A DNA stretch of 64,000 bases, taken from assembly GCA_030141605.1 (NCBI GenBank), contig JAQGDQ010001074.1:1-64000 (forward strand), given 5' to 3'. Shown piece by piece: positions 38,316 to 53,077 of the stretch. The stretch is from Tubiluchus corallicola. Lineage: Eukaryota > Animalia > Priapulida. The first letter of the stretch is position 1. Each line of letters opens with the position of its first letter. Under the pieces are notes generated by a model that was not told the origin of the DNA, ran no database searches, and worked only from the letters and a program-made list of their open reading frames with translations. The position numbers and the translations under genes are program-made.

Positions 38316-41300
38316 ATGACAGGTCTGAACCAGTGGCTTTCTGTGACCGGATTACTATGTGTTTTGCTCAGGTATAGCAATTGGTTCTCTATTTAGTACA
38401 TAGCAAAGTAATATTCGGTATATGCAAAGTTATCATTTGATTATACTACAACTAATGATCACTTATAATTTATTAAATCTTGCATTTGTCGAACTACTGA
38501 ACGAAATACTGTGTTTTGTCAATCTGGTATAATTTTTAAAGGAGTGTATTGTCGTTAATTTTTAAAAAATATACAATCCCGAGACCACAGTATATAGAAC
38601 TGTAAAAGTTTTTTTCTGATTTATTTTAATTAAATAGCTTACAACATGTTGTGTTAACTTTTCATTGGCTAATAATAATTTTTGGGTTAATACTTTGCCT
38701 TTTGATTGTTTTAACTACGAGGTAACATTTCGAATAAGAGACAGGACAGACTGAGAGACAAACATAAAATATAAAGGCTTGGTATATCACGAACAATACA
38801 TTCTGTATAATAACATATTAGAAATTTTCGTACCTGAATTAAATCTAATTTTAATCGTACACTCCATGTACCTTGAAAATAATTATGTGAACATGGCAAG
38901 ATCCGTTTTTACTTCGGAAACCAATCGGTGTTAGTTTTTTCAGTGCGAGGGGTGGCGCTGCATTTATTTGCTTTTACGAAATAATGTTGGAATTTACTGT
39001 TAAAAATAATTTAAATTTGTGAACTGTGCATGCGTTTATGCAACAAAGATTATCGTTCTTTTTGTAATTATACGCGTAAAAGTGTTGAACTAAACGGCCT
39101 TTAAGTAACGGAAGTTTACACATACAATTATTGTTTTGGATTTCTAAATAAGACTAATATCATAATCGCTCAATATTACTGTTGTGATATTAATCACAGG
39201 CCTACTGATATTACAAAACAAGTAAAAATTCATCTAAAAACGACCTTGTATAAAAGCCTGGCTATATAAAAGCTATCTTTAATACTGCTTATAATGAAAA
39301 TGGCTTTTTAACAACATTCTGCCATCAATTTTAACAGTGCGCAAATTATAACAATAATAATAACAACAATAATAAAACAATGATTTGTCAATAACTCTTT
39401 TGTTGAACATAATTACTAATACCTACATAATAACTACAAGATCCCGAAAGCTTCTGAAAAAATTAAAAAAAATTGAGAGTTATGGGTATTTTTACTTCTT
39501 TTACGATTATGACCATCGCAAGTCTCAGAAGAGCACTATCTTATTTTCAAGCTGTAATAGATTTTCATCAAAGTTTCTCTGTTAACAAACTTAAGTAATT
39601 TATATGTGATTCCCAAAGTTTTGCTCAGTTTATGGTTTATTATGCTTATTTGATACTTCCAGTTTAGGTGCTCATCAAGAAATATTCCCAAATATTTGAC
39701 ATATGACTTTTTTTTCTACAATGACGTTATTAAGAATAATGGATGCATTTCTTGATGGTGTTCTCTTTTTCTTTTTTGGGAGCATAAAGTTTGATTTCTT
39801 AATATTCAACGAGAGCTTATTTACATTCAGCCATTCTGCTACTTTATGTAATTGACTATTCATAACACTTTCCAAATTAAAGTATCTATATTTGAATCAC
39901 TTAAAAAATGTTTAATCACTTAAAAAGATCACCTGCAAAGTCTGAAAATTAAATTTGGGTAATTTGAGCTCATAAATGTTCAAGCTAGAATGGGCGAAAA
40001 CCATAGTGTTATCTACAACTGCGACTTAAATATTTAATCTGGTATTCCTTCTTTATGTAACAAACTCTTTTTCTTTAGTATCATCAATGAGTTGAAATAA
40101 AGAAGAACTTATTGTATTCAGTAGTGCAGCGCTTTTGACGGATTTATATTTTTAATAAGTAGATGAACGTGTCAGTTATTAACTTTTAATCAACGTGTGT
40201 TTTATATAATTGGCATGATTTCAGGTGGTCGTTTGTGGAAGCTGCAAGGGGAAAAAGGTTTGGGCTTTCATATCAAAAAGAAGAAGATCCTAATCATATC
40301 TCAAGTGAGTAGGGTCATTTTAATTAATAGATTATACAGATTATGGCTATTATGGTATTTCTGTAAATAAAAGTATTTCTCATGTGTATAGTGTTGTCGT
40401 TGTCGTTGTTGTTATTGTATGCACTTTCATAGTGTTTTTTTTATTTTTACCAATATAAGAAAGAATAGAATGGAACTAAATTAACAATAATATCAAGTTC
40501 TTTAAAGGTTACAAAGATTAAATTAGAAGCAATACTAAACTCACTAAACTTAATACCAACTACTTAATTAATTTACGTGCAAAGACAGGAAGCAGCAGAT
40601 GAGGTTCTCGGATTTCACAGTACGCTGTTCATATCAGCATTTTCAGCATTCGGCGAGCCTAAATACTTGGCGCAATGCTTGATCTTGAGGTCAAGGAGTA
40701 GCGTCTCCGTATCCGTATCAGTATCATTAATAACCGTGAATTTGATTTTAGATTCATTTATCAACATTAAATACTCGTAACAAACGTTTAGTAAAATTTT
40801 GCACTTATCAACCAATTATGCTCTACTGGAGACAAGAATGACAGAGACGTACATCTCATGCTACTCCTTGATCCCCCTGATTAGTAAGTAATGACGGGTT
40901 AATAAACATCGTAAACAAACATTCAACTAGATTGAGCACCCTGACCATCTCCCATATCACAGGTACAGTGTTTCTCATGAATCACTGCGGGTGTTGAAAC
41001 ATACATAACTACCAGAGCACGAAGCATCATATCTCAACATCCAAGTCTGCACAGTTCGAAAAAAAGTTGACTGGTCGCAAGCGCAGCTAAAATCCACAAA
41101 AGTATCAACAGTTTTCTTTTTTGCATTTAGCGGCTTCAATGGGTAAGCGAAGACCGATAATTTACGATATTGTTGGGCTTCAGCTTGTTCATGGTCTGGA
41201 TGCCACCAAACACTTAAATGTTAATTTAGTATTCTGTCGTACGATTTATTCAATATGCTCGGTATACTGAGGTCTCTATGGTTACTATAGAGAAATTTGT

Positions 41301-44300
41301 AGCTTTTTATGGGGAGGTACTAGTCGGGACACTGTCCACGTAGCAGGACAGAAACCACTACATTATCTCATTACAAAGCTATTGAAAATTTCTCTGCACC
41401 TGTCCCTTTAAAGCACAAGTCCAGTTAATGAATTAGCTGCCTATTTATTACTTGTTGTCATTTAATTTTCCAGTTTCAGTATTTTTCGATCGTATGTTCA
41501 TCTATTTGGAAAATTTATCAGCTATTTCTTTGAACTGCAAAATTTCCTTCGTCCAGCTAACTTATTAAAAGTATTAACTTTTTACTTTTAGGATTTAACA
41601 CTATAACTAATATTCTCTAAAAAACTAAGTGGTTAGAATTGTTTGTATCTCATAGTTCTCCAATGATTCCCTTTTGACCTGCAGGAAACACTAACTCGGT
41701 GTGCTCTTGTACGCAATTATACATGTGTTTAGACGTTGAGTAGATTTACCAGTTGAGAAAAGAACAACTGCTTTGGAGAAATGTGGGTATACGATGGTAT
41801 CATTTACATTATTGACTTCAATCAATGCCGTCAAGGATAACAAATTTTAGTGGCTTTTTACGCTTATGCAATGTGATGATATCCTTTCTATGACAATTTA
41901 CTATAAACGCCAAATATTAGAAATTCTGAAAAAATATCTTAAACACTTTCGTATTTAAAACCGCACATGCCGCTTCAAAGTTTGTGTTTATGAAGGACAA
42001 TGCTTTAGACAAAAATTTCAACATGGGACGGTAAAGATTCTGACGCCTTTAAATAGTTCAGACGAGCAAATTTAAAAGAAAATTGTGTTTTTTCAAGTTG
42101 GAATTTGACTTAACATAATGAAAAATTCTCACTTTTCAATCACACAAGTAAAACGTAATCGTATATACTACAACGCAAAATAACTAGACAGATATCTTTT
42201 CTTGCATACATATCAAGGAAAGGGCGACTGAGCTAACGAAGACTGCACATCAGGCATAAATAGGACCTGATATACACAGGTTTCATTAGGAACAAGACCA
42301 TTATTTCCCAAAAGAGTGACAGTATGGTGGCCTGCCCTTCCCGAAGGAGAGTGCTCACTACAATACAAGAAAGTACGTAACCTGTTTCTAGGGAATGCAA
42401 AAACAACGAGCAATAGTGCAGAGCAATTTATTGCATCAAAGTGCTGGCCAAACAATGGCGAACCCATCACGCCCTCAAAATCTGGTGTGGAAGCCTCACG
42501 CGCCTCTTGAGGGGTATGATTGGAACAGTGACTCGAAGAACTCAAGATCATCCACGCTCTTGCAGAAGTCTCACAATCTTATCTATTGAAAGCTAATCAA
42601 TGGCGTGCTTTTTATCATCTTACGTCAGCTCTGTCTTTCAGGATAGTTCGAATGTGTTTGGCAGAGTTGAAGTCTGGTAAATTTCCAGACCATTTCCAAA
42701 ACCTCGATTGTCCCCACATTGCTTTCCGCGAAAATTTCGCAAAATTGTCGTGAAATGATCGCTATATATTCAACCGAATATCGCAGAAGTCGCCAAACAT
42801 GAGTAAACAAGTAGAGCGACATTCTGGCGATTTCCGCTTGAGAAAAAAGCGCTGAACTCACACAACGTTACGAAAATCGCGCGAAATTATATATACAGAC
42901 CGCAATCGCGGCAACTTTTGACGCCTGTTGAGTAGAAAATTTTTGGTCGTCGCAGAAGAGTCGCATCCCATGAAACCCTTGCTTTAATAAGATTGCAGGC
43001 GGTGCTAGACACACGATGCTTGAAAGCTAAATTTTGAGGCATGGCTCTCTTGATCAAGGCAATTTTATGTAAAATAGGCTACATAACAGACAATTTGTTC
43101 CATTGCTCTAATGTGCTAATGCAAACTGTACAGCACTTACTATTTGATTGTAACACATTAACACATTGTTGTTACTATTCGATTTTTAATTATAACAATA
43201 GACTTGGTTTCGTTTCGAATTTACAATCACGAGATATTAGTAAGACTCTATACTGGCAGAGACCCGAAATTACTTACTGCATTCTAAAACTTGTTCGTGA
43301 TGAATTCCTGTTAACATTCTGCAATCGCTACTAAATTTAGCCTAAAGTTGTAGCTTGCTGTGTAAATTACCCTGTAAACGAATTGTATTACTGTGGACTT
43401 TGACTATCTGCCATCTGCATCCTATATGACCAGTATTATTATTTTATAAGTTCCAATTTTGTATTTCAATTGTTGTACCGAGTAACTGCTTAATTATATC
43501 TTTGATGTTTAATTCCTGTAATTTTAAACAGTATTTTACATTTTAATTGTGTAAGTTTCCCAAGCAAACAGAGGGACTTTTATTGAATATATCTATTCTT
43601 ATCAATAAGCAGATTTAATAAAATAAGTAAAATCACTATTATTCAGCAATCCTTTGATATAATAGATCTCTACCGTTACTAGTTGCTTCTGTATCACCCT
43701 ATCGAAAGGTCATGCTCCACCCTACATTAAACTGTAAATTTTGTATCAAAAACTATGCGAACTGCGGTGCAACAGGACCTAATGTTTTTCACTTTTAGAT
43801 AAGTGTAAACAACTAGAGTGTACACAAACTTTAAGTGTAAACAACAAGAGTGTAAGCAACAAAAAAGCACGATCAAGGCCGGTGAGTTAGCTTCTAGTCT
43901 TATGGACAATAATACCACTAAATTTTGGAACAATGTAAAACGCCGTAATAATTCTAAAGTTCCACTGTCTCCCATAGTCGGTAATTGCGGACATGTGGGG
44001 TAGTTATTACCAATCCATTTTGAATACTGGGAATAATGACGACGATTGCAAAAATTAGACCTAAAAAAACCTAAATTACATAAATCAGCTGGCTCTGACG
44101 GCCTTGTGGGAAAGTACTTTTTATACTCATCACACTGTTTGCCTGTACGTATTACCTTTTCCTCGTGTATCACTCATGCTCACTTACCTCAGAGTTTAAT
44201 TCACAGTGTGGTCGTGCCCAGAGTTAAAGTAAAAACTGTAACCTGACAGATGTTAATAACAATCGCCCGATTGCTCTATAAACGGTTGCTAGTAAACTTC

Positions 44301-47300
44301 TAGAACACATTATTATTACTATGCGGTACGATAATTATCTAGTAACAACGTCTAACAACTTTAGTTACAAATCAAAACATGGCACTGAGATGTGCTATTT
44401 CACTCTAAATGAAATTGTTAACTTTTACTTAGAGAAAAATAGCTGTGCTCACACAGGTCTAAAAGCTTTCGATATGCTGTTACTGTATATTATTTCTAAA
44501 GTTGCTAGACACTCACTGTCCTCACATTATTGTAAGATTATTGTATATCTGGTACACTAGACGGCATATGTGCATAAGATGGGGTAAAGCTATATCTGCT
44601 AATTTTGCAATTTCTAACGGATTGAGACAAGGCAGTCTCTTGTTTCCAAAACTGTACAATACGTATATTTATGGTGCTAGCAATATTCTAGCGAACATCC
44701 ACCTAGGTTGCTATATTGGGAATAATTGCACAAATCACTTGATTTATACCGATGACGCTTCCTTAATTACTTCTACCATTACGGGTTTGCAACAGCTCAC
44801 TGATAAATACATGAATTACATAAATAAATTAGAAGTCACTTTTAAGATGAAGAAAACAAAATTTCTTTCTTTGAAACGTAATGGCTAATGTTCCCACTGA
44901 TTTAGATTTATTTTATTCATCCATTTAGAATTAATAATAATACATTATTATTAACTACAGACATAACACATAATACAAAGCACACACAGAACATAACGTA
45001 AACCAAATACAACAATGACAAAAAAGAGAGGGGGCTCCTATAACATGACCAAAAAGGGTAGACAAGTTTCTCATTACCAAAATCACATCAAGGCAACAGC
45101 CAATTGTTTAACTGTATACCAATCAAACCTAAATAAAAGACGGCGATTTTTAAAAACATTTTCAAAAGATTAAGGCTGCTTATTCTGTCAGAAATATTAA
45201 CTGGAGGGTTTTTGTTGTCTAATCACTAAATATGTGCTGCTAATGAAGAGAAACATCTAAGACATTTACTAATCAGTGATGGTAGAGACGATAAAGACAT
45301 GGCGAGCAACGTCAACTTTTTTTAATCAGAAGCAATAAGCTGATTCGTGACTGTAGCTAAATTGTCAAAAAAATCCTTATCAGTTATTGCACCTCTTTGT
45401 ACTGCTCAACTCTTTGGCGCAAGTATTGCATGTATAGTCTTAAAGATTTGAAAAAATGGTATAAGTAGGTTACTTAACCAACCATATGATTGCTTTGCAA
45501 GAAGTATGTATATAAAACTTGGTATACTATATAATGGCATATTATTACGTAATTAAACTCAAATGACATCAACACTACACACAAACAACAAAAATAGACA
45601 AGCAACTGCAAACCATAAATCTGCAACGGCACACACTTACAAAATTATCGCCAAAGGAAAAGGGTCATCAGGTGAGGCACCGGGAAATATTCAGATTTCG
45701 GTCCCTACTCACTATCTTCAAACTCTCCTGGTGGGGGCCCCGTTATATTGACAGCCCAACCTTATATGTTGAAGTTATAACTACAGACATAACACATAAT
45801 ACAAAGCACACACAGAACATAACGTAAACCAAATACAACAATGACAAAAAAGAGAGGGGGCTCCTATAACATGACCAAAAAGGGTAGACAAGTTTCTCAT
45901 TACCAAAATCACATCAAGGCAACAGCCAATTGTTTAACTGTATACCAATCAAACCTAAATAAAAGACGGCGATTTTTAAAAACATTTTCAAAAGATTAAG
46001 GCTGCTTATTCTGTCAGAAACAGAATTTAATTTCCAGCGATGCTCTTGTGTATTGCAAATTGCTTGTTTGTGTGTACCAATATATAGTGTTCTTTATATA
46101 GTATAGTAACAAGACAAAGTTACACTTGCAGTTTACACTTGCAATATAACAAAGTAATGGTTAAACGTATTAGTTGTAAATTTTATGTAATTAGTAATTG
46201 TGTTATTGTAATTTTTGTTCATGTAATATTATTCTGTTTCTTGTATTGTATGGTATACTAACTGTTGTTATATGAGCAATGCTTGAAATGAAAACTTTCC
46301 TTACTTAGTAAACTACCTATATATGTTTGAAACTGTATGTTTAGGAATAGGGCAAAGGTGGGTTCTTGCATTGCTAGCGCGTTACGAATGAAGTTGTTGC
46401 ATGACATTTGGCTATATACAAAATTACTTTTTTGTCGGGCATACTCCTATTGACTGTGAACACAACAACAAAGGACAGGTCTCGCATTGTAACTCGAACC
46501 AAACTGACTTCAGATCAAAGTTAATATTATTATAAATCACTCACAACTAGACAACAACATGATTATACTTTGCTTCTACATGCCTGAACTCCAAACAGAC
46601 GTCTAGCATTTTGTGAATTTTATGATAACGAAGTAGAATGCTAATTTTAATTTGATATCAGTTAGTGCGCCAAATCGAATTAATGGTATAGCATTAAATT
46701 TATGACAGTCCTTGCTGTCATAACAGTGTTACTGGGCCAATAATGTCGTTACCGTCATTACCGTGGTTACGTAAGTCCTCGGTCAAACTTCTGCGATAGC
46801 CTACAGTGACTCACAAACTAAATAATTACTTATTATTTAATTAAACCTATGGAGGCGTAAAAATGTATAGAATGAGATTATGAGATCATGTTGAGTTTAT
46901 TACCCCTTGTTGTCATAGCTCATTTTCGCAACATGGATTCGTCTTACCAGTTCACCTGGCAGGTAAACTAATCGTCAACAATTTAAATGAGAAATATTGC
47001 GCTGAATCTACAAATATAGGCTGAACACAAAAGCCTGCCAACAAACAGCAACAAATAGTGATAGAATTCAGATTTCAGAGGATTCTCAGAGTATTCAAAA
47101 TTACAAAATTGCAAGCTGAATACACAATTTGTTGTACGACGAATAAACTGAGCAACCTGAGGGCAATCAGATTTTCAAATAAACCTACAAGTGTTCTGCC
47201 ATTCAATCAATCAATTAGTCAAGAAGCCATTATCTACTCAATATCTATTAAAACAGGGGCCTCAGTACTTGCACCAAAACTGCTTATTCAACTGAACTTC

Positions 47301-50300
47301 AACTCTTCAGTTAGCCCAGATAGGTCATTTTAACCGATATCTCGATTTTTCAAAATGACAATAAAATTTCGCGTTAATAAATCAACAAAATCCTTGTGGC
47401 AGTTTTCACGATATAGTTACACATCTTTTATATTTTACAAACAAAGGATTTAAATTACTAAAATTTCTTTATCTCAACTGTTGTATATTAATGACCAACT
47501 TTGTACAAACTTATAACGGCAGTTATTAAAACAGGAACAGAGGACTATTATAACTGCTATGTTTTAGAATCAAGGAAATTAAATAATTTAAGGCGGTTGC
47601 GAAATTTTATAAATCAAATATTGTGTCATTTGTTCTGCACGCACTACACGTTCTACTTGCTCTACTACGTAATTAGCCGGGTAATCATTGCATTTTGTAA
47701 CAGTTGAACGTTGACCTGCAAACCATCACCACCATAGTCCTGACCGTCAAAATACGTGAAACATAATTCATAAAAATTTATGACTCAATTTGACAGACAA
47801 CTGTGACACCATAGTTATTTTCTGCAGGCGATTCATTGCCTTACATTATTTTATATTTATGAGTAACTTGGCGTACTTATGAAATAGCCCTTGGGTCCAA
47901 AACGAAAGAGAAGACTGAATATCTGAAATTTAATACTCGCTATATATCTGTAGGCTTATTTGCCCACATCAATCAATATCTTGCAAAACAAACAACTTTC
48001 AACAATTTCTAAATAACAACTATTATCGTAAGTCTTACAGTGCGATGCAGTACATTTTTTCATAAGCGATTTTTTTTTCAGATACAATTGTTTTTCATGA
48101 TGGCAAGAAAGTAAGACAGTATATGTAAATGATTTTTTTCAGATAGAATTGTTTTTCAAACTGGCAAGAAAAGTAAGACTTTATAAGCATTAAATTAGCA
48201 AATTCAATCTTTTCAACGAACTAAAGATTGTCTTGTTAAACTTTACAAACCTTGTATTAAGATTACCAAGTAATTTTTATGGAACGAAAAATTTTGAAAC
48301 AATTACAGTAGACATAAATGAGGGAATTGGTAGAGCGAGGAGCAGAATTGAGTAGTCAGTGTACACGCTTAGAAGTTGAAACTAAAATTACTCTGAGTTT
48401 GACCAGTAAACGGCTAAACAGCCGCCTGGTAAACTGCCTCTGGACGATTTCTTCTGCCAGAATCCACCATTTTAGCTGTTTATGTTGCTGAGACAGAATT
48501 TAGAATGTGGCTAGGGTACCCCTGCCAGTTTAGTGTCTCATCTTCGAACATTGCTCTTGTATTCTACATCAAATATAGGCCCTGACGTTGAGTGCTAATA
48601 CTGACTACTAGTCTGCAGAGTGCCAAACTGAATAAAAATCTACAGTTTGTATAATCAAGTCTACAGTTTCTATAATCAAAATCATTTTGTGCTAAGTCAT
48701 GTCACAGCGGGACACAGCATATTTGCTTACAAAAAGAAACACCCAATTACTACTACTTTGGAAAATTAAGCTGAATACCTTGATACCAATGCACACACAG
48801 AAACACAAGAATCTACGTTTTCTGTGATTGTGTGTGTTCTATGCTTTAGTGTTTAATCTAAAATGGAATTAAACAACAATTACACTTTAAACTTTGTTTC
48901 AGGTATACAGTGTTTCGCCGAATGTGATTACATGGTGATCTCTATAAAGTTTACTGAATATTTTCACGGAGTTGTGCGGACAGATAATGCGGGATACAGA
49001 AAAACTAAAGACCCCAGATGCAAGTTCTACGGCACAGGGCGCCATTTTCTCTACACAAAAGTGCCACTAAAAGCATGTGGTACTTTTAAACTCGTGGAGA
49101 GAACAATAGGGGTATGTTCTTTTGCTTTTTATGTTGTATTTTAAGCAGGTCTATACCTCGTACTTTTTTTACCTGTTAATAACGATATATTCTCATACAT
49201 TCTTTATTGTGATTATGATGCTAGATAGATAATATTTTAATATTAAATGCTCCAATTTCTTAATCAACGACTAATCGTTAAAATAGCTCGCCAATTGTCA
49301 GCGCGGGAGTTTAAACTTCAAATTTTATTCAGAATTACTGTTAACACAAGCTCTGAATACAGTAAGACAGCATATAAGTGCTACAAAATTCCAATACCGT
49401 TTTTAAGCTTATTTATGAGCTTTGTTTTCTTGTCCTTTAAGGTAGTGGAAATGCCGGAACTGCACAGTAATAACAATCATAATTATTCATAATCCGGTAA
49501 ATTAACGCTTATTTATTCCTATTATTTATATTGTCGACATTAGCGGAAGTCGGCGGCATTTTATAAAATACAACACAATGATTCTAATAAAATCGCAATT
49601 ATACAACAAATCAGTCCATTAAAATTTTATTGTTATCAAACGCATTCTTAGCCATTATCTTCTCTTTAGGTGTCAACGTTTAGGAGTCAGGTCGCATGAA
49701 TGGCGGCAGTTCAGCGATATGCTACTACGCTTAGATCTAATTTAGTTGAACTTGAAAATTATGTATACCCTTACGTATGTCTCGAAAATTTCATTTAATT
49801 TCATGCATTTTTTGTGTTTGTCTGTACCCAATATAAATGAGAAATATCTACTGAAATGATGTCTTTAACATTTTACTCTGTAGCACGAAAACAAAAATCA
49901 GAAAAGACAAATAACTGATTAATTTGTTTTGCAAATTTCCTCCCATGCATTCGACATCTGTCGTCTGTCGACATAATACAGAACCATACAGACATGTTTG
50001 ACAAGAATCAACATATTTTTGTTGGTTTTTGTTTGTTATTGTTGTTGTTCATGTTTTCCTATAGTTCGGGAGCGGACAGCCAGGAAACCAATAACTTTTT
50101 GTAGTCTATATATGCGACAAATGCAAATAATTGTAGTTATATAAATACAAATAAATAAATAAATATTCGCTTACGAAAAATGACAGGCTGTTGTTTCACT
50201 AGACCTTCAATGTTCTCACGAAGTGGCAGCTTGACTCAGTTGGTCCAAGGCGACTTAAATATCATTCCAAAAATGCTTAGTTAAGTGTGCATGCAGTCAT

Positions 50301-53077
50301 AATTATAGTCATTTCACTATGATTGACCCAAAATTATTAGGAGTTTTAACTATTTCAAATGTTTTAAATAATTATACCAAAATAATTGTTCTCAAAATAT
50401 TTCCATCTCCAATTGTGGAAAGGACACCTATTGTAACACTGCCAATGTTAGAGCTGGAATTTGACCTTATGTCAGGGGATTTTGCATAAGCTGCTAAACC
50501 TATGCATAAACAACAATTCTTATCAATCTTTTATTCTTATATTTTAGTACAAAGGAAAGAAAATCCGCTACGAAACTAGCATAGTTATTCAAGATTTCGA
50601 GTCATCTCAAAGGTTCACCGTGGAATGCACTCAGACAAATCTTGCCTTCCCTTCATATGATAGACAGTAAGTGTAATCCGTATACTTGTACTTAAATTAC
50701 GTGCGAATAAAGTTTTTAATTTGGTCAGCACCTTATTGTGAACGAGCTTCTGCTCAGTCAGCTGTTGTCATGAATACATGTTTTACCTATTAGGCCTACT
50801 AGTATTTCAATAACTTATCTAGGAGTGAAAATACAAGTTTTTAGTAAAAAGCATGATTATGAAATACTCTACTTTACGTGCTTATTTACATTAAATTATT
50901 TGAAAATAGAACAACATAATGTCTATAAAACAACTTTATATGTCTAATTTTACAACCAAGATAATTAATTGTCTTTAACACTAAGTCTATTTATACATAA
51001 AAGTAATATTATATGTATATATATATATATATTATTTATTTATGAATAAATATTTAGGTAATGTACAATAATACTTGATACTGCTAGAATTAGGGTATGA
51101 TTGTTATTATTGTATTGTAACTTATTAAATTTTTTTGTGTTTGCTAATCTGTTGTCACTCTATGTGTTGTTTTGTTGTATCGTGAAATTACGTAATTGTT
51201 ACAACAAATTAAATTAAATTATTATAACGTTACTTCATAATTAACATGGTCTTGTTACTGCATTATCGGTTATCGAAAAAGTATACGACACTTTAATCAT
51301 CGTAGCACAGCGTCAAATACTTCCAACCAAACAGTAGCAGCTTAATTGGTGATTTATCCAATGGTAGCGTAAGCAACAAAATCGACTATCTGCTTTTAAT
51401 AAAACATGAAAAGTGCCAAAAAAGGCGACTTTGTGGGGCGTTTAATATTTATACATTCGGAAGAAAGTAATAAAGTATTTAAAATAAGAATAACAGAAAT
51501 ATTTTACAGTTTGGAGTTACTCCAAAGCCTTTTACTAATTTCACTTTTATTATTTTCACAGAGGGACATGCAGGAGGAAAATGGATTTATTTGATACGTT
51601 TAATGAGTTAAATGGTAAGCACTTATTACACGACTATGTATTATACACAATTTATCTTCTTTTCATGTATCTATACATTATCTTCTTTTCGTACAATGTG
51701 CTCATTAACATAAATAATTCTAATGTAATTGAATGCAAACCTTATAATTGTTGTATCTTTTAGCTATAAACGTTTACACTTGCTCGACCAAAAAATTTAA
51801 ACTTGCATTATTGTTGAATTGAAATGAATTGTCTCAGATGATTAATGTTCCAACAACTTACGTCGGATCCTAAGAGAACCCAACGTTAGACATCGAGTCC
51901 ACGAGTTTCATCAGGCATCATTCACTTTTAATTCATGTTAACTCGCCTACGCCAGTGCTATGTACTTTCTGGGTGGTAGATACCTGGGAATGGAGCTCAG
52001 ATAATGGTATGGTTTAAAAACCTGGGTTGTTTAATAGCTCGAGATTGGAACCAAAATGTGAAAATTAGGGCAAATTGATCGTTCACGCATGAGAAAACCG
52101 CACTGTACCAGACGTAGTCAAGGGATAATTAGTCCTGAGTACCGTGCACGCAGGTTAGTCACACCTGAGTATTATACTCAACAGTTTTCGTCAATGAGTA
52201 AAGCCACGCTGGACCACGTACAGTCAAATGTTAAATGCTGTCATGCTCGCGGATTTGGATCTGAATTCATCCATTTCGTCTAAACGAATATTTTACTTTT
52301 AGATGCTAATCTCGGGGAGGATTGTATTGTAAATGGTCAATGCCGCAATCGACACGGTCACTGCGGACGAGTAGAGGGACATGAGTCTGACTTCTGCATT
52401 TGTAACCATGGATACCATCCTGCACTGGTGTACAACAACTATCAAGAAAGCTCTAAAATCGAATGCAGAAAGACGAGTAAGTTTATTCTTACAAATTCTT
52501 ACACGCATTTTTGGATTACACGCTTGAGAAGCAACTCTACACATAGGTTTCTTTTGCCGTGATGCTGCTCTCATTCTCGTTGTCGTTCATGTAATAACTT
52601 TTATTGTGACATCGCAACATAGTTTATCCGTACTCGAAATGGATGCCATGACAACGGTAGATGTCCTAAATGTCCAACTTAATAAAATCAATTTAAGTTG
52701 TTGTCATTTTACCTATTGGTGCCCTCTTTTTGAAGGAATAATAACGTCATGTGGCCTAAAGAAGAAAAGCAGCGCACTGCCAATGTTATAAAGGCATTCC
52801 GTGTAACTATTTACAAAGAATTATATAGTAAAATACTGATATTTCTTACAGAGAGCTGAGAATGTTGAACGTTAGTTTTCGATGCTGTTAACGAAAGCCT
52901 TCGTGTTTGTACCACTTTAAGTTATAATTTATGTTGATTATTAGCGGTATTATAGTTTTTTGCGCTTCATTTTGTGCCAATTTTAATATTTTCAATTCTA
53001 TATTAATTTGCACTGAAAGTCATTACACTTTGGATTTATCTTTAAGATTTGCTTTGTTTTTTCTTTCAGATACTTAA
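38316..53077 (+). CDS. Secreted protein: signal peptide + isolated ZP-N domain + one EGF/EB-like module (~232 aa)
   Basis: Phase-consistent GT-AG exons 38316-38371, 40225-40304, 48903-49111, 50548-50666, 51562-51614, 52303-52476, 53070-53077 (699 nt). Signal MTGLNQWLSVTGLLCVLLRWSFVEA; ZP-N-like IQCFAECDYMVISIKFTEYFHGVV...PRC...VPLKACGT...YETSIVIQ...RFTVEC; six-Cys module LGEDCIVNGQC...CICNHGY...C. First and last exons are less certain than the core. Confidence 0.72.
39520..39960 (-). mobile_element. Degenerate CR1/L2-type LINE reverse transcriptase fragment
   Basis: Minus strand reads VMNSQLHKVAEWLNVNKLSLNIKKSNFM, then after a frameshift KYLGIFLDEHLNWKYQ, typical of the RT C-terminal region. 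Confidence 0.75.
42210..43335 (+). mobile_element. Decayed LINE 3' fragment interrupted by a reversed MITE piece (~42690-42983)
   Basis: LCKIGYITDNLFHCSNVLMQTVQHLLFDC resembles a LINE C-terminal zinc knuckle. The internal segment ends GTCGCATCCCATGAAACCCTTGCT, similar to the reverse complement of the 2215 MITE left end. Confidence 0.5.
43730..44890 (+). mobile_element. Degenerate non-LTR retrotransposon RT core (L2/CR1-like)
   Basis: Frameshifted motifs KSAGSDGL, NNRPIAL, SKLLEHI, KHGTEMC, KAFD, NGLRQGSLLFPKLYN, HLIYTDD (YADD-like). Confidence 0.88.
44952..46020. repeat. Pair of apparently identical 243-bp direct repeats around a 583-bp spacer
   Basis: 44952-45194 matches 45778-46020 (TAACTACAGACATAACAC...GCTGCTTATTCTGTCAGAAA). 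Confidence 0.92.
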
